NCBI RefSeq assembly: GCF_001194135.2
Contig: NC_068983.1
Coordinates: 21,474,901 to 21,524,149, forward strand
Length of the DNA: 49,249 nt
DNA from: Octopus bimaculoides
Lineage: Eukaryota
Direction: 5' to 3'
This document shows positions 48,625 through 49,249 of the stretch, one piece after another (the first letter of the stretch is position 1; every line of letters starts with the position of its first letter). The notes under the pieces were generated by a model. The model saw only the letters and a program-made list of their open reading frames with translations, ran no database searches and had not been told where the DNA came from. Made by a program: the position numbers and the translations under genes.

Positions 48625-49249
48625 GTTATAACATGTATGATATGATCTGAAAAAGATTTGGTTCTTATTTCTTGCATATCAAGCGATCACATATTACACG
48701 TTTCAACTTTAGCTCGAGGAGCTTCTTCATAAGTGTTTATGATGCGAATTCTGTAACGTTTCTTATCTTAAATACAAAATTAATACAAAAAAAAGCAACT
48801 GAAGTTTTCTCTTACACAACACCACTTGTTTATAATATATCCCATCATCCACTCCCAGCTCTTTGCCGCTCTCTCTCTATCTCTCTCTCCATCCCCCCTC
48901 TCTCTCTTTCTTTTCCTCTTTATCTCTCACTCATTCCCTTTAGTCTCAATATTTCTTTCCTCTTGTGTGTTTCTTTTCTTTAATTTCGCATTTTATATTT
49001 TCTTTCATTCTTTATTTTTATTCCTTCCAGGGTTTTCAAGTTTTATTTTCATTCATTTGTTTTATTTTCATTCCATCAACGTTTCTTTTTTGTTTTTTTT
49101 TTCTTTATTTCTCTCTTTCTTTCTCTTCATATTTGCTGTTGCGTTCGTTTTTTTTTTTTTGCGTTTTATATATCAAGAGAATTGCAAAAAAAAAACAGGA
49201 AATCCATCAGCAAAAAGTAAAACTAAAAATACACACAAAAAAACACAAA

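Overview
AT-rich eukaryotic, repeat-dense DNA with 17 assembly gaps (about 7.3 kb of N, mostly flanked by microsatellites). The SINE families, microsatellite density and LINE types look like an octopus/coleoid cephalopod short-read assembly (inference from recognition, not a database search). No host gene can be confidently assembled; only a few low-confidence exon candidates exist. Nearly all interpretable sequence is mobile DNA: at least four tRNA-derived SINE families (about 25 copies or fragments, labelled A-D here), an internally deleted Tc1/mariner element with intact TIRs and TA duplication, a decayed R4/Dong-type RLE LINE (RT, CCHC, PD motif) interrupted by a SINE trimer with an 11-bp TSD, Penelope-like RT and GIY-YIG remnants plus terminal repeats carrying minimal hammerhead-ribozyme motifs, RTE and CR1/L2 remnants, and an L1/Tx1-type ORF1. 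The best lead is a 35-nt LINE-like 3' tail fused twice (11925 and 24811) to the same position just after the A box of SINE family A. Both copies appear to belong to a short ORF1-only Tx1-like derivative, suggesting a non-autonomous, SINE-targeting retroelement. Two long foldbacks and nested inverted SINE pairs could form dsRNA if transcribed.
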